Source of the DNA: Eledone cirrhosa
Lineage: Eukaryota
Reading direction: 5' to 3'
DNA: 64,000 bases
Assembly: GCA_964016885.1 (NCBI GenBank)
Contig: OZ024742.1
Location: forward strand, 252,340,001-252,404,000
The notes under the pieces were generated by a model. The model was not told the origin of the DNA. It saw only the letters and a program-made list of their open reading frames with translations, and did no database searches. Below, piece after piece: positions 1 through 13,389 of this stretch. Numbering within the stretch: the first letter of the stretch is position 1; each line of letters opens with the position of its first letter. The position numbers and the translations under genes are program-made.

Positions 1-1217
1 TGTCATCTGGTGGTCCCTAAGGAAACTAAGTGTAGAGGAATGGCTTGTGAGAGCAGTGCAAGCTATGTACAGGGGTGCTGTCAGTAAAGTGAGAGTAGGT
101 ATGGAGTTTAGTGGGGAATTCCAGATACAAGTAGGTGTACATCAGGGTTCGGTCCTCAGCCCGCTCTTGTTCATTATAGTCCTCCAAGCCATGGGAACTT
201 CTCTATGCTGATGATCTGGCTCTTATAGCAAAATCAGTAGAGGAGCTAGAGAATAAATTCTGGCTATGGAAACAGCAGTTGGAAGCAAGAGGACTGAGAG
301 TGAACATAGCTAAGACAAAAGTGTTGATAAGTAGAAGAGAGGACAATACTCCGATTCCATCAGGGAAATGGCCATGTTCGATATGTAGGAAAGGAATGGC
401 ATAAATTCCATAAAATGTACGCAATGCAGATCTTGGGTACACAAGAGATGTAGTGGGATAGCAGGCAAACTAATAGGTAGGGAAAACTATGTATGTAGTA
501 GATGTACAGGGAAAGTTAACAGTATTAATCGCAGTGATAGACACATTTTTCCAATACAGGTGGGTTCTATAGAAGTGGTTGATAGCTTCTGGTACCTAGG
601 TGATCAGATTAGCATGGGAGGCGGGGGGGGGGGGGGGGGGGGTCCGAGGCCATAGTTTAGAATAAGGACGGGTTGGAGGAACTTTAGGGAGCTGCTTCCT
701 TTGTTGACAAAGAAGGGTTTCTCCCTGCGTACAAAAGGACGGTTATATGATGCCTGTGTGAGATGCGCGATGCTGCATGGTAGTGAGACATGGGCGGCAA
801 CTGCAGAGGATATGCGACGGCTGGAGAGAAATGAAGCAAGTATGCTCCGTTGGATGTGCAATGTCAATGTGCCTGAACGACCAAGCATAGACGAGTTGAG
901 AAAGAAACTGGGTATAAGAGGGATAAGTTGCGGTGTGCAGGGGAGAAGGCTGAGATGGTATGGACATGTGATGTGCATGGAGGATGACCACTGGGTGAAG
1001 AAGTGCCAAGAAATCCCTGTAGAAGGAAGTCACAGTAGAGGTAGACCACATAAAACATGGGCAGAGCTGGTGAGAGCAGACCTCAGATCGCTGAAACTCA
1101 CCGAGGAGATGACGAAGGACCGTGACAAGTGGAGAGATGCTGTGTTGAATAGGACCTGTCCAACCCTTGCAAGAGGAAAAAGCAGACGTAAAATGATGAT
1201 GATGATGATGATGATGA
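1..1217 (+). mobile_element. RTE-clade LINE, 3' fragment (family A tail), degenerate
   Basis: Frameshifted RT remnants (GVHQGSVLSP, ELLYADD), Cys-rich finger remnant, ORF 701-1237 (MLHGSETW...RLRWYGHV...GRPHKTW); ends CCCTTGCAAGAGGAAAAAGCAGACGTAAA + (ATG)n. Confidence 0.92.
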
Positions 1218-1616
1218 TATATATATATATAATATAACATGTATATGGATGTATGCATACAGTATATTAAATAAGATGGAATGCAAGCAAAGAGGGGCAC
1301 CTCCGCTCCATCTAGGAGGATGACACTGCTGGTTATGCCTAGCGGAAGCAGTGGAAATAATAAAACTGAAAAAAAAACGGTATAAACGTGAGGCCTCAAA
1401 TCTTGATGAACTGTGTGCACCAGCACACCCACCTGTTCAACAGTTACATGGATGAGCAGAACCTAAGAAAACCAAGTAATTCACAGCCATATATCGACCA
1501 AACACACAGGCAAGCGAAAGAAATCTATTTGTACACTCTTCTTCTACTTATAACTCTTTATATACATCTGTACACAATCTCTTAATTATTACAGTCATTA
1601 TTATTACCAAGCGGCC

Positions 1617-1805
1617 ATTGGATTGACAGTATCAGTAGAGGGTCGGACGCCATGCTTTCCAGCATAGTTACGTCCCTTTACGATCTGAGTTCAAATCCCG
1701 CCAAGGTTGACTTTGCCTTTCATCCTTACGGGGTCGATAAAATAAAGTACCAGCAATGTACTGGATAATTGCCGGCCTTGTGCCAAAAGTAGAAACAATT
1801 ATTAT
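1617..1805 (+). mobile_element. tRNA-derived SINE family S1 (Meta-domain-like)
   Basis: A-box-like TGACAGTATCAG, B-box GAGTTCAAATCC, core GCCTTTCATCCTTACGGGGTCGATAAAATAAAGTACCAG, tail GAAACAATTATT; many copies in window. Confidence 0.88.
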
Positions 1806-1814
1806 TACCTCTGC

Positions 1815-2367
1815 TATATGTATGTACATGGGTGTATGTGGGGGCATGTACCAATGAGTGTGTCCCCGCGACTCCACACATATATAGGCAGATGTATGTC
1901 TGTTTATACATGTATATGGGCATGCACACAGGCATGTGCATGTATGTTTATATATATATGTATATATGTGTGCCTGTATGTATATGTATATGTACGTATA
2001 TGTATACACATGTGTATGTACGTGTATATGCTTGTGTGTGTGTCTGTGTGTACATATATATGTGTGCATATGGTATTTGTATGTATGTGTGTGTGTGTGC
2101 ACGTGTGCATATATATATATAAGTGTGAGTGTGTAAGCATGTGGGAGTGCATGTGGCTGTATTTATGTACATATGAATGGACTTGTATATATGTGTGTAT
2201 GTCTGTATTTATAAGTGTATATGTATGGGTGCACATAGGTGTGTATGCATGTATACATGTATGTATATGTCTGAGTGTATATATATATATACATTTATGT
2301 ATGTATGTGTATGTGTGTATATGTGTGTGTGTGTATATATGTGCATGTGTATGTGTGTATATATATA
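1815..2367. repeat. Degenerate (TA/TG)n microsatellite
   Basis: Dinucleotide low-complexity tract; source of spurious YIYV ORFs. Confidence 0.9.
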
Positions 2368-2620
2368 GGCTGAGTGGTTAGAGAGTTGAATTCGCAATCG
2401 TGTGGTTGTGATTTTGATTCCCAGACTAGGCGTTGTGTTATGGCCTTGAACAAGACACTTTATTTCACGTTGCTCCTTCTGCCTGGAATTGTGACAGATA
2501 GATAGTATTAGCAATTGGAAAGACTAATGGAAACATTGTTTCCTCGGTCTGATTTGACGAGCTCCACCCCACTCGTTAAGCAAATGAGGTCTGGGATCTT
2601 GTCGATCGACAAAAAAAAAA
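2368..2620 (+). mobile_element. CORE-like SINE, subfamily with GTCGATCGAC + poly(A) end
   Basis: GGCTGAGTGGTTAGAG head, CCTTGAACAAGACACTTTATTTCAC core; 3' part shared with 58978-59193. Confidence 0.75.
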
Positions 2621-2879
2621 ATATATATATATTTGTATATATGTATATGAGAGTGTATGGGGTGACATATGTGTGGATCTGTGTGTGTGTGCATACACAG
2701 TTATATACATGCGAGGGCTCATGTATCTTGGTATGTGGGTATACACATGTCTGTGTGCGTCTGTACACCTATGCCTGCCTGTCTATGTTGTTGATTTTCT
2801 ACATCCTACAATTATTTCTTCATATCAACTTTAACCACAATCCCTTTTTTCAATTCTTTGGCACCAATGATGTCACAAC

Positions 2880-3015
2880 TCATTTCTACAGCTGAATGAA
2901 CTGGAGCAACATAAAATAAAGTGTCTTGCTCAAGAACACAATACAAAACCTGGTCCGAGAATCGACCACACAGCCTGTCAATTGAGAGTCCTACACTCCT
3001 AAGCCATGCACCTTA
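2880..3015 (-). mobile_element. CORE-like SINE fragment
   Basis: Reverse complement of TTGAGCAAGACACTTTATTT...GCTCCAGTTCATTCAGCTGTAGAAATGAG. Confidence 0.7.
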
Positions 3016-3214
3016 ACCATATATATATTTATATATCATCATTATCATCATCGTTTAACGTCCATCTTCCACGCTAGCATGGGTTAGATGGGTTTGTCCC
3101 ACTTGAGGCAAGATTGGTTGGGTGACTGTGTCTCACTCATATAGAACTGTTTCTGGCTGGTTTTCTATGGCTGGATGCCCTTCCTAATGCCAACCATATT
3201 TACAGTATATGGCC

Positions 3215-3432
3215 ATGGATTGGCAGTATCGGTAGAGGGTCGGACACCAAGCTTTGCACCATAGAGTTACGGCCCTTTATGATCTGAGTTCAAATCCTGC
3301 CGAGGTCAACTTTGCCTTTCATCCTTACGGGGTCGATAAAATAAAGTACCATTCACGCACTGGGGTCGATTTAATCGACTTTCCCCTCCCCCAAAATTGC
3401 TGGCCTTGTGCCTATATAAGAAACCATTATAA
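3215..3432 (+). mobile_element. SINE family S1, longer variant
   Basis: S1 consensus with extra GGGGTCGATTTAATCGACTT segment. Confidence 0.85.
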
Positions 3433-3817
3433 TTGATGGCATAATGCATTGCATGCAATTGCTTCTCATTATAAATACATGTTAAGATGTTGGCAGAGGC
3501 CGATATTTGTTAGAGGCATGAAATTTACTACTTTCACATTTGCAGTTGAATCTATTAATCACATAGATCATTAGTAGCTTGCTTGTAGGGTTATATGCTA
3601 ATGGTTTGTTATTAATAAGAAGGCTTTTAATTTTAGTGTTTTTGAATTATAGTATTAGTGTTAGTTATGGTCTAGCGCTCTGTTTTATAAGGTTTTCATA
3701 CTTCTTCATTTATTTCATTGCTAATATGCATTTGATTTGTATAATACATTTTATGTATGGCTTGCAATACATATAATATCTGGTGAATTGATTTCCATGT
3801 ATTTCTTCTTGTATTAA

Positions 3818-4130
3818 AGCATGTGGTTTAGTGGTTAGGGTATTTGATTCACAGTTGCATGGTAGTAAGTTCAATAGCTGGTCATGCATTTTGTCTTTGA
3901 GCAAGGTACTTTATTTCATATTGCTCCAAGCTACTCAGCTGGCAAAAATGAGTTATACCTGTAATTCAAAGAGCAAGCCTTGTCACAATCTGTGTCATGT
4001 TCACTCTCCCTGAGAACTATGTTAAGAGTACAAGTGTCTGTGGGATGCTCAACCACCTGAACTTTAAACAAGGACACTGTTCTATTTATTGAATCAACTG
4101 GAACAATTTTTGTAACTAATAGAGTATGTT
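3818..4130 (+). mobile_element. Old CORE-like SINE
   Basis: tRNA-like head and TTTGAGCAAGGTACTTTATTTC core; body shared with 6888-7540 and 23205-23700. Confidence 0.65.
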
Positions 4131-7117
4131 TTTTTAATTATTTCTTCTGTATTGTTCTAGGACTTAATCTATTAATTTGTTATGATGAGTAGTTGATCAG
4201 TGTTTTATTTTATAGATTTCTTTATCTCTGTTTATAGAGAAGAACTTAATGTTCTTCTAAGTGGTGACATTATCACTGACATTTTGTATCTGTGTGGATA
4301 ATCATCATGCCCATGTGAGTAGTGTTTGTTCAGTTTTTCCCATCTCCATGAGTAGCTTACCTGACTTGTTTAACTATTATTTATAGTTATCTGCATAATG
4401 GTTAATATATTTTCAAATTTCTCCAATGTTTCTGATGATGATGATATATATATATATAAAATAGAAAGAGTATATCAGAAACTCAAAGGAGAGTAGAGAC
4501 AGATATATTAGATTAAATGCCAGACGCAAAAGCAGAAAGTAGCTCTTTATTTATATATGTGATCTTAATAAGCTGAGCAAAATGGTTGCAGTGAGGAAAA
4601 ATATCTAGTAGCCGTAAGAACCCAGCTAAGGCATGGTCCTATACGAGCAAGGTACAACTTGCCAGACCTGCCTCGTAAGGACGACCACCTAGTCCCATAC
4701 TGTAAATGTGATTGGTGATAGGAAAGGCATTCTTCAAATAGATGTAACTAAAATTTGGTCAACATAGATGTAATTTGTAAAATTCTGAAAAATCAGTTCT
4801 GAGAGTAGAAATCTCATCATGAAAATACAGGTATCACAGAATTGAATCGAATAGAATAGAGAGTAGAACTGTTTTATTGCCATTGGCTTCAAGTTTAATT
4901 TATTAAATCTGAATGTTCCAATACAGAAAATGCCATGTATAGCACACATAATATACATAAGTGATAAAAGAAAGTAACAAAATATAGAGTTTTAAGTACA
5001 GTCAATTAGTTTTAGATGCATCCTTATTATTTGTTAATTTTTTGCTGCAACAAGACTGGGATGAAATCTGTTACTAAATTGACTAGGTCTAATCTTTAGA
5101 AACTAAATCCAAATAACAGTCATGACAGCCAATTAGTTGGTATCAATTGTTATGAATATTCTACAGAATGGTAGAATAAATGTCCTATAGAGCAATATAA
5201 TTATTTCTAATTCTGGCATAAAATCAGCAATTTGAAGGAAGGAAAATATCGATTATGTCAATCCCAGTACTTTACTGGTAGATTATTTAATTGACACTAC
5301 AATGTTGAAAGGTAAAGTTAACCTCAGTGGGATTTGAACTCAGAACATAAAGGGCTGAAACTACCATATATACTTTATAAGCTGAGAAATATGTGACAAT
5401 CAGATAATAAAATGGGGGTTGTCATATTCAAGGTATATTTTTTGCCAATTTTCCCCAACTTCAAAATTCTACATAAATGAGGTGCTAAAATATTTTCACT
5501 TTGGAGGTGAATATTATACTGGTTTCATTTTGCAGGTGAATATTACACTGGTTTCACATTTGGTGTGAAATTCATATTTCCTATTTTTTTAAAGTTTTGA
5601 ATAAATAAGGCCTCCAAAACAGTTGGAAATTGGTAAAATATCATTATGTAATGGAGTTGTCACACAAAATCTATACTCTAAACTACAATCAAAAACATAT
5701 TAAATATTAAAATATCAAAACTTCATAAATATATTCTTCACTCATGAGAATTTGAAAACTGCACCATCAAAACATGTGGTGATTACCTGCCTCAGCTTAT
5801 AAACAGAGTCCAAATTTTTACCCATTTCTCAGACAGAAAATAGGGATTGGCTTATATTTGGATCATCTTATGTGTGCAAGAATATATGATAAATGCTGCA
5901 AAGCATTTAATTTCTGCCAATTTGCCACCCTCCTATAGAACAATGTAATAAATGTTTTACAAGTTTAATAGAACAATACTGCTATAGTAAGTCTAATGTA
6001 TAGATGAATGGTGGTGTTGTGTACAGTCACTTGCGGATTGATCAGTGATATTGTCACCATTGCGTATAGTGTAGGTGAAAGAAGATTGATGTGCTTGCAT
6101 ACGTGTGACCAGAGATTGCAGGTATGCAAGTAAGTAACAGTGTTCCTTATGATGATGATGATGTGATGATTCCTTGGGTAAGAGATTTACCCTGATCACA
6201 TAGGAAATTAAATATATAAACCACAATAACACAAAGCTGCTATGTTACTACTTTATTATATTTAACTTCCATTGAAGTTATAATGACAATACGCGAAGAA
6301 CAAATAACTACAGTTGAATTGTGTGATGTTATGAATCAGGTGTGATTTGTATGTGTGAACGCATACTCTGAAAAAATTGCATGAGACTAACCTTTCTTAA
6401 AGTCGAATGGGAGTGTAGCTGCCTCAGTCCACTGGTGGAGAGGGCTGAAGTGAGTATCTGTTAACAACTACATTGTTCTTGCCATTGTTCTGGAACAAAC
6501 TGAACTGAACTGAACTATCTGCTTAGACAGCAGGGAGTGGGTTATTTTATGACAGTAGACTTATCTTATGACAATCTGCAGATGGCCTTTAGAAAGCCAT
6601 TCCTCTAGACAACCTGGTGAAATTAGTCCCAAATTAAGGAATCAAATATCTATGAGGTCAAAAGCTCAACATGTGTGGTTGCAATGATCTACCTTGCCAA
6701 CCTGAGAACAAAAGTTCAAATCAGTCTGATTGCATACACTACACTGCTATATTTCTATAAGTAATACAATTTTTTTGATGAAATTTTACAGGTTATAAAA
6801 ATAACTATGTCAATTATATTACAAACAAAAGGAAGAACAAAATCTGATTGGTATTTTGCCTGTGTTATATTATATATATGTGAGAAGGGTCATGGTTTAG
6901 TGGTTAGGGCATTTGGCTCACAATCGTAAGGTCATGAGTTTGATTTCCACTGGTGCATTGTGTCCGTGAGCAAGACACTTTGCCAAAGTCCATTCAGCTG
7001 GCAAAAATGAGTTGCACCCGTGAATCGAAGGACTAGCCTTGTTAGATTCTGTATCATACTGAACTTCCCTGAGAACTATATTAAGGATACACGTGTCTGT
7101 GAAATACTCAGCTACGT

Positions 7118-7460
7118 GGAGGCACATGGCTTAGTGGTTAGAGCATTGGCCTTGCAATCGAAAGGTTGTGAGTTCAATTCTCAGACCGGGTGATGTGTTG
7201 TTTTCCTGAGCAAGACACTTTATTCCACATTGCTCCAGTTTACTCAGCTGTAGAAATGAGATGATAGGGACTGGGGTCCCTATCATTCCACTGCAAAGTG
7301 CTCGTGTAGGTGCCACGGCAAAAAAGCACCCAGCACTCACTGTAAAATGAGGTTGGTGTTAGGAAGGGGATCCAGCTGTAGAAATCAAGCCAGAATCAGT
7401 TCCCATCCCATCCTTGCAAGCAGGGAAAAAGCGGACGTAAATGAAATGATGATGATGATG
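7118..7460 (+). mobile_element. CORE-like SINE family S2 with RTE-derived body and tail, nested in an older SINE (6888-7540)
   Basis: Near identical to 9144-9463 and 18901-19240; ends GCAAGCAGGGAAAAAGCGGACGTAAA + (GAT)n. Confidence 0.88.
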
Positions 7461-7646
7461 CATATTAATTTAATGGACAGGCTGTTCCATTGATCATATC
7501 AAATAGAACACTCATTATCATAACCAACAAAGTGTTAGATAATACATATATATATATATATAAGTTTATCCGGGGTTCAATCGGGGGTAACCACAGTAAT
7601 TAAGGTACTCATTAAATAGCAGAGTATAAATATTTAATATAGAAAT

Positions 7647-7697
7647 GGCTTCTACAGGACTAGAACTGTTTCATTTGGGAGAAATCATCAGGAAGCC
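7647..7697 (-). ncRNA. Type I hammerhead ribozyme (P4)
   Basis: Minus strand GGCTTC-CTGATGA-stem II-GAAA-CAG..CTG-TA-GAAGCC with a perfect 6-bp stem I. Confidence 0.8.
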
Positions 7698-7763
7698 CGA
7701 TGGTAAAGAGGGGCACAGTAAGTGCTAAAAGATAAATTTATCCTGGGTTCAATCAGGGGTAAC

Positions 7764-7814
7764 GGCTTCCTGATGATTTTCCCCGAATGAAACAGTTCTA
7801 GTCCTGTAGAAACC
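7764..7814 (+). ncRNA. Type I hammerhead ribozyme (P4)
   Basis: GGCTTC CTGATGA TTTTCCCCGAAT GAAA CAGTTCTAGTCCTG TA GAAACC. Confidence 0.78.
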
Positions 7815-7824
7815 ATTTCTATAT

Positions 7825-7865
<41 letters not shown>

Positions 7866-7868
<3 letters not shown>

Positions 7869-8315
7869 TGGGGAGACCCAAGAAGACCTGGAATGAGGGA
7901 TAAAAACTGACCTTGTCCAATTGCACCTCTCAAAGGCGATGACTCAGGACCGAGACCTCTGGCGTTACGCAGTAATACAGAAGACCCGAGTTGAGTTCCC
8001 GCAGGTAGAAGCCGAAGGTGAAGCATATACCCAATATCCCCCCCCCCCCCTGCTGTAAAGTGGTTGTGTAGGTGCCATGACAAAAAGCACCCAGTCCACA
8101 CTCTAAAGTGGTTGGGTAGGTGCCATGGTAAAAAAGCACCCAGTACTCACTGTAAATGAGGTTGGTGTTACAAAGGGCATCCAACTGTAGAAACCGACCC
8201 AAAATCAGTCCTGTATGAGCAAGACACCGTCATTTGACCTGGCATTGCCCACAACAGGACAACCTGTCTATACTATGCTAGCGTGGAGACATCGACATAA
8301 AACGGTGATGATGAT
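7866..8315 (+). mobile_element. RTE LINE family B 3' end
   Basis: GRPKKTW remnant, 3' UTR with AAAAAGCACCCAG repeats, (GAT)n tail. Confidence 0.85.
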
Positions 8316-9143
8316 ATATATATATATATACTGTTTAATCATGAAAGGAAGGGTAATGCTTATGACTTTTTTCAGGGCCCCAAGACTAGTGGGGGAGATA
8401 AAGAGGAAGGTATCCTGAAGCCAAATCCAACTGTGTAGACTAAAGGTAGCCAAGGGACAGACAATAGTATTAACTAAGCATTGAAGTAGGTCAGACCCCA
8501 GAACAAGAATAAATATTTTAAAGAAGCTCATATGATGCTCTAATAATTCCACCAACCCAATGCCATGGTCTGCTACTTTATTTTGTCAATCATGAAAGGA
8601 TGAAAGGCAAAGTTAACCTCAGTGGGAATTGAACTCAGAGTGCAGGGAGCTGGAACAAAAATCACAAGACATTTTCTCCTACATTCTATCCAATTTGCCA
8701 CCTAATATATTAGAACTGCAAAACCATTGATGAATACAAAGTGTGTTTACCTTGTGTTTGCTGAGATATTGTATAACATGAATTCTTACTATACTTTTCT
8801 GCACAAAATTGCATTAGCAAAACATGTTTGGAAAATACAAAATAGCACTACAACTACAAATTAAATATTAAAATCTTTACTCTTATATTGCAAATTTTCC
8901 CACTGGTCAGTCAGCTAGTAAAGATATATAATCATTTGAATTAACAAATTTGTTTTTAGATATTTTCTACTAAATCATTACATGATGTTTAGAATTTAAA
9001 AAAATTTATTATTCAAAAAAGTTTTTTTAAATATTTGTAGAAGGAGAGTTTCTTGGTAAGAAAAACAATTATAAGTGCATATTTTTAAAGAATGAAAATG
9101 CTACATTTATTAAAACTAATTTCTTGGTTTTATAATTAACATT

Positions 9144-9463
9144 GGAGGCACATGGCTTAGTGGTTAGAGCATTGGCCTTGCAATCGAAAGGTTGTGAGTT
9201 CAATTCTCAGACCGGGTGATGTGTTGTTTCCTTGAACAAGACACTTTATTTCACACTGCTCCAGTTTACTCAGCTGTAGAAATGAGATGATAGCGACTGG
9301 GGTCCATATCATTCCACGGTAAAAAAGCACCCAGCACTCACTGTAAATGAGGTTGGTGTTAGGAAGGGCATCCAGCTGTAGAAATCAAGCCAGAATCAGT
9401 TCCCGTCCCACCCTTGCAAGCAGGGAAAAAGCGGACGTAGAAATGAAATGATGATGATGATGA
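9144..9463 (+). mobile_element. SINE family S2
   Basis: Full head-core-RTE tail, near identical to 7118-7460. Confidence 0.88.
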
Positions 9464-10589
9464 TTCATTAAATAAATGAGAGTGGAAGAGTGTATTGTAT
9501 AAACAATAAAAATGTTGTGAGTGTCCTATACATGTGTTCTTATCTTATGAGATAAAACTGTATTATTCCATTCTAAACATTCATCAATATACTCTCTAAG
9601 ATATCTGCTAGGGTATAATTTTCCTTCCATTAATTTCCAGATTTTAATGGAAACCAACTGGCTTTTATTTTCACTGGAATGACATACGTTAAGTTTTAGA
9701 TGCATTTAGAGATATTTTATTTATATTAAGCTACTTGCACAGGAATCTGAGATCGGTGTTTAATCTTTTCTCAACTGAGTTCAAAGATTTGTCAGATACA
9801 ATCAGGCTAGTGCTGTTACTATTTGCATCATCACTACAGCACTAAAATTACTAGTAAATTAAAAAGGATTTGTCCTAAAATTTTAAATAGCAATAAAAAA
9901 CAAAACAAAAAATATCTAAACGAATTTCAGTTTTTAAAAATCAATGAAACTCATGCCCAACAGTGTGCAAATATACTAGAACCATCTAAAATAATTTTAT
10001 TTTGAATGTTATTGAATTAAAACTTAGCTTTTGAATGAAGTTTCTGAGAAATCTATTGAAATGATTTAACTACAGTGATTTATTTTCCAGATGTCAACTA
10101 ATGCATTGCTGCAACTGGAGGTGTTTGTTATTTTTAATTAATATAATCAATTATAAAGGAATGGGAGATGGCTGAAATAGTGTATCTCCATGTTGAATGA
10201 TTTATGGATTCTGAGATCATATCATCCTGAAATTAATTTTTGTCAGTTATCTTTATGGGAGTTGATAAAATATGTGCAAGTAATGTAATGGGGGTCCCTT
10301 CCACATGATTTATTCGTGTGGTTAGTCATATGAAACCAACTAAATCAAAAATATGTTTGTTAGTAGGCATTGTTATTTGGTTTTCAATTATCAGATGGTT
10401 TGAATGGTTCTACAAATTTCTGAAGTTGATACAAAATTATGAAGCATTAAGGAAAGTGTCAAAAAGTTTTTACTTAAATTATCAAAAGATTAATAATTTG
10501 CAGTAAGAAAGCAATACAAAACAGAAAAAGAAACAAAAAAAAAGGCAAGTGAAGACATGCACAATAGGCCACAGCAGTGGGTGCTGGAG

Positions 10590-10960
10590 TTTCTCTTGAA
10601 TAATGTTTCAGGCATTGTCACAGGTGATAGTGAGGTTAAACCATTGGAATGACCAAGCACCCTCAGAGGTATCACCTGATGTGTTGGTATGGCAAGCCAC
10701 TAACAGTGACAAGAACGTTGTAGTCAGTGGACCAGCTCCCATAAATATCTCAAACATCACAGGTAGAGAGAATAATTTGCCAATAATTCCTGGTAGTTTA
10801 AAATGTTATTGTTTGGCAGCTATGAAAGCAGTGACCCTCAACTTTGCTGCAGCTTCTCGGATGTGAGAAGAATCAAAAGAATTGCTAACTGTGGCATCCC
10901 AGGTGAGATGTCTACCAGAAGTAATTAATATTCCTATTAAATGTATATTAAAGCTGTCAT
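10590..10960 (-). pseudogene. Degenerate restriction-like endonuclease domain of a CRE-like non-LTR retrotransposon
   Basis: Manual translation: SGRHLTWDATVSNSF..AAKQ*HFK..PVMFEIFMGAGP..GDTSEGAWSFQWFNLTITCDNA, resembling the WDxT..K..KY..ETxG..QRLS..RGNA pattern. Confidence 0.6.
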
Positions 10961-11723
10961 TCACAATTGAGTAGGATTTTGTAGTATTTTACCATGTTTT
11001 CTTTAAGAGTTTTAGGTGCCCGTGCAGTCAAGAGCTGACACAGGCATTCTCTTGACTCCCTTCCCTTGATCTAGTAAAACATCCAAGATGTGTTTGCTGA
11101 AAGAAGAGAGAGCTGTACCAGCACTGAGCTAGTACTATCTTTATCAACTTTAAAAGGGTGAAAGACAAATGGACTTTGATGGGATTTGAACTCAGAATGC
11201 AGAGACACAGAACAAATATCCGACACTCTTACAACTCGGCCAAAATCAACCATCTTATTAGATACACACACGCATTCATAAAAATATGCTATAGATAGTA
11301 TAGTCATATCAAATACACACATTCATAAAAAAATGTGCTATTGTATAGTCATATCAGCATAAAAACCTTCTTAGTTAAATATGGTGTTTACTAGGTAGTA
11401 GACACTTTTGAAGATGAGTTTAATGACGATTGGACTCTTGAATCCAGTTATAAGATGTATTGTGTAATTATCATCATCAGCACCACCATTTCCACTTTAC
11501 CTCTCCCTCACCTGTACCTCACTGCTGCTACTGCTACTACTGATACTGTTACCACCACCACCACGGTGCCGCTACTACTACCACTACTACTATTACTACT
11601 ACACAAACAGAGTCTTACCTCTTCTACCACCTCACCAACACAGTCTCACTCCACCTCTCTCTCACCACATCATCCATCATTAATTAGCACTTTATCTCTC
11701 TCACTACTAACTCTCTGCCATTG

Positions 11724-12117
11724 GTGGATTGGCAGTATCGGTAGAGGGTCGGACGCCATGCTTCCCAGCATAGTTACGTTTCTTTACGATCTGAGTTCAA
11801 ATCCCGCCGAGGTTGACTTTGCCTTTCATCCTTACGGGGTCGATAAAATAAAGTACCAGTAATACACTGGGATAATTGCTGGCCTTGTGCCAAAAGTAGA
11901 AACAATTATATTCTGAAGGGTAGAGAGGTGGATTGGCAGTATCGGTAGAGGGTCGGACGCCATGCTTTCCAGCATAGAGTTATGTCTCTTTATGATCTGA
12001 GTTCAAATCTCGCAGAGGTTAACTTTGCCTTTCATCCTTATGGAGTCGATAAAATAAAGTACTAGTAATACACTGGGGTAATTGTTGGCCTTGTGCCAAA
12101 AGTAGAAACAATTATAT
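11724..12117 (+). mobile_element. Two tandem S1 SINEs (11724-11909, 11928-12117)
   Basis: Two full S1 copies; ATTATATTYTGAAGGGTASAGA is duplicated on both sides of the second. Confidence 0.88.
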
Positions 12118-12304
12118 TTTGAAGGGTACAGAATATCTCTCAATATTCTCTATCCAGTTGTGCTGCTTCATTGACATTTACCATCCTCCATATAGAATAC
12201 TATGACCACCACTACCACCACCACCACCATCACCATCATTATCATCATTTTCGTTTCTATGAGATTTAATTGTCATCCAGTTGCTCTATGATAGGTTTGT
12301 GCTG

Positions 12305-12505
12305 GAGCTCGTAGCAGTGGAGACTTCTGGTGTCCTTGTCCCTAGGGCCACCTTCCTAATCACCACCATTGGCACAGAGTTGGTTACCCGCAGCTGTGAG
12401 CCTCACGAGCTGGAATGGCTCTTCCAGTGCACCTCCTTCACCATCCTCCAGGGAAACGCCTTCTCTATTCTGTTTGCCGGAGCTGTGGGGCAGCCAGCAC
12501 GTGGG
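12305..12505 (-). repeat. Unclassified GC-rich dispersed repeat (second copy at 60110-60286, +)
   Basis: Shared GAGAAGGCGTTTCCC...GAGGCTCACA...CACCAGAAGTCTCCACTGC. Confidence 0.7.
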
Positions 12506-13389
12506 GCTCCATTTGCTCATAATAGTGAGATAGGGAGAGTAGGAGAGACAGAGACAGTGACTGTGGGAGTTTGGTTCCTTTGTGTTCGGACCTGTTGTAT
12601 ATGTATGTTTCACGGACACACACTCACACTGAGACAGTGTAGTTATTTATTTTTTAATTTACACATATCTTGGTTTCTATATATCATTATGAGAGAACTA
12701 GCATTATCACACTTCTCTGTTTCCATACATCACTCGTCCTATTACTCACATGCAATATAACCAATTTACATTCTCTAGTAGAAAACAGAACAGTATAGCT
12801 GATACTACTATATGGTAGCCTTTAAAATGATTTCACTATAGAAATATATTGAAACTGTAATTATGTCCTATGGGTCATATAAGATAGCCAACATGTACAA
12901 AATATCTAAATGAAAATCAATTGCGGAAATTTTTTTCTGTTTCAGTTAAAAATATGAATTGGGTGAGTTATCTAACGTCTCAGTTATATTTCTCATGGTA
13001 ACTTTTAACTCTTCGCCTACTTATTACTAATCGTTCAGCTATTTACCACAATAGCTAGCTATCTACTTATCTCTTTCAGACGCTGACTCCGGATCTCTCT
13101 CACCTACCCCCTATCTACTACGATTTGACTAGCTGTCTGGCAAACATGCCCCGGTGCTTCTGCCTTTTTTCCTTTTCTTTTCTGCTTACACACTTACACA
13201 CACCACTATATATATATCTTTCTACATCATGAATCTCAATTCGCTACTCTGCAAATCATTTAATGACTGCACAGGGTAGTCTATGAGAGTAGACACTCCA
13301 AATAAAAACTGATACCGGGTGGAGTGGACTCCTAAGTCTAGTAAGACAACCTCTTTAGTGCTAGTGGCACGAATAATGTGGCCAATCCA

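Larger units (their letters stand above)
7562..7830. mobile_element. Short inverted Penelope-like pLTR insertion (family P4) in (TA)n
   Basis: 7632-7697 is the reverse complement of 7764-7830; homologous to 38704-38771 and 59529-59662. Confidence 0.75.

Noticed and set aside
1617-1705. tRNA genes
   Set aside because: A/B-box sequences are SINE heads running into conserved SINE bodies; no complete cloverleaf
4217-4314. Coding exon between AG and GTGAGT
   Set aside because: Stop codons in all three frames
6000-6150. SWIM-finger or MULE remnant (..SHVCKHI..) on the minus strand
   Set aside because: Too short and frameshift-dependent to support
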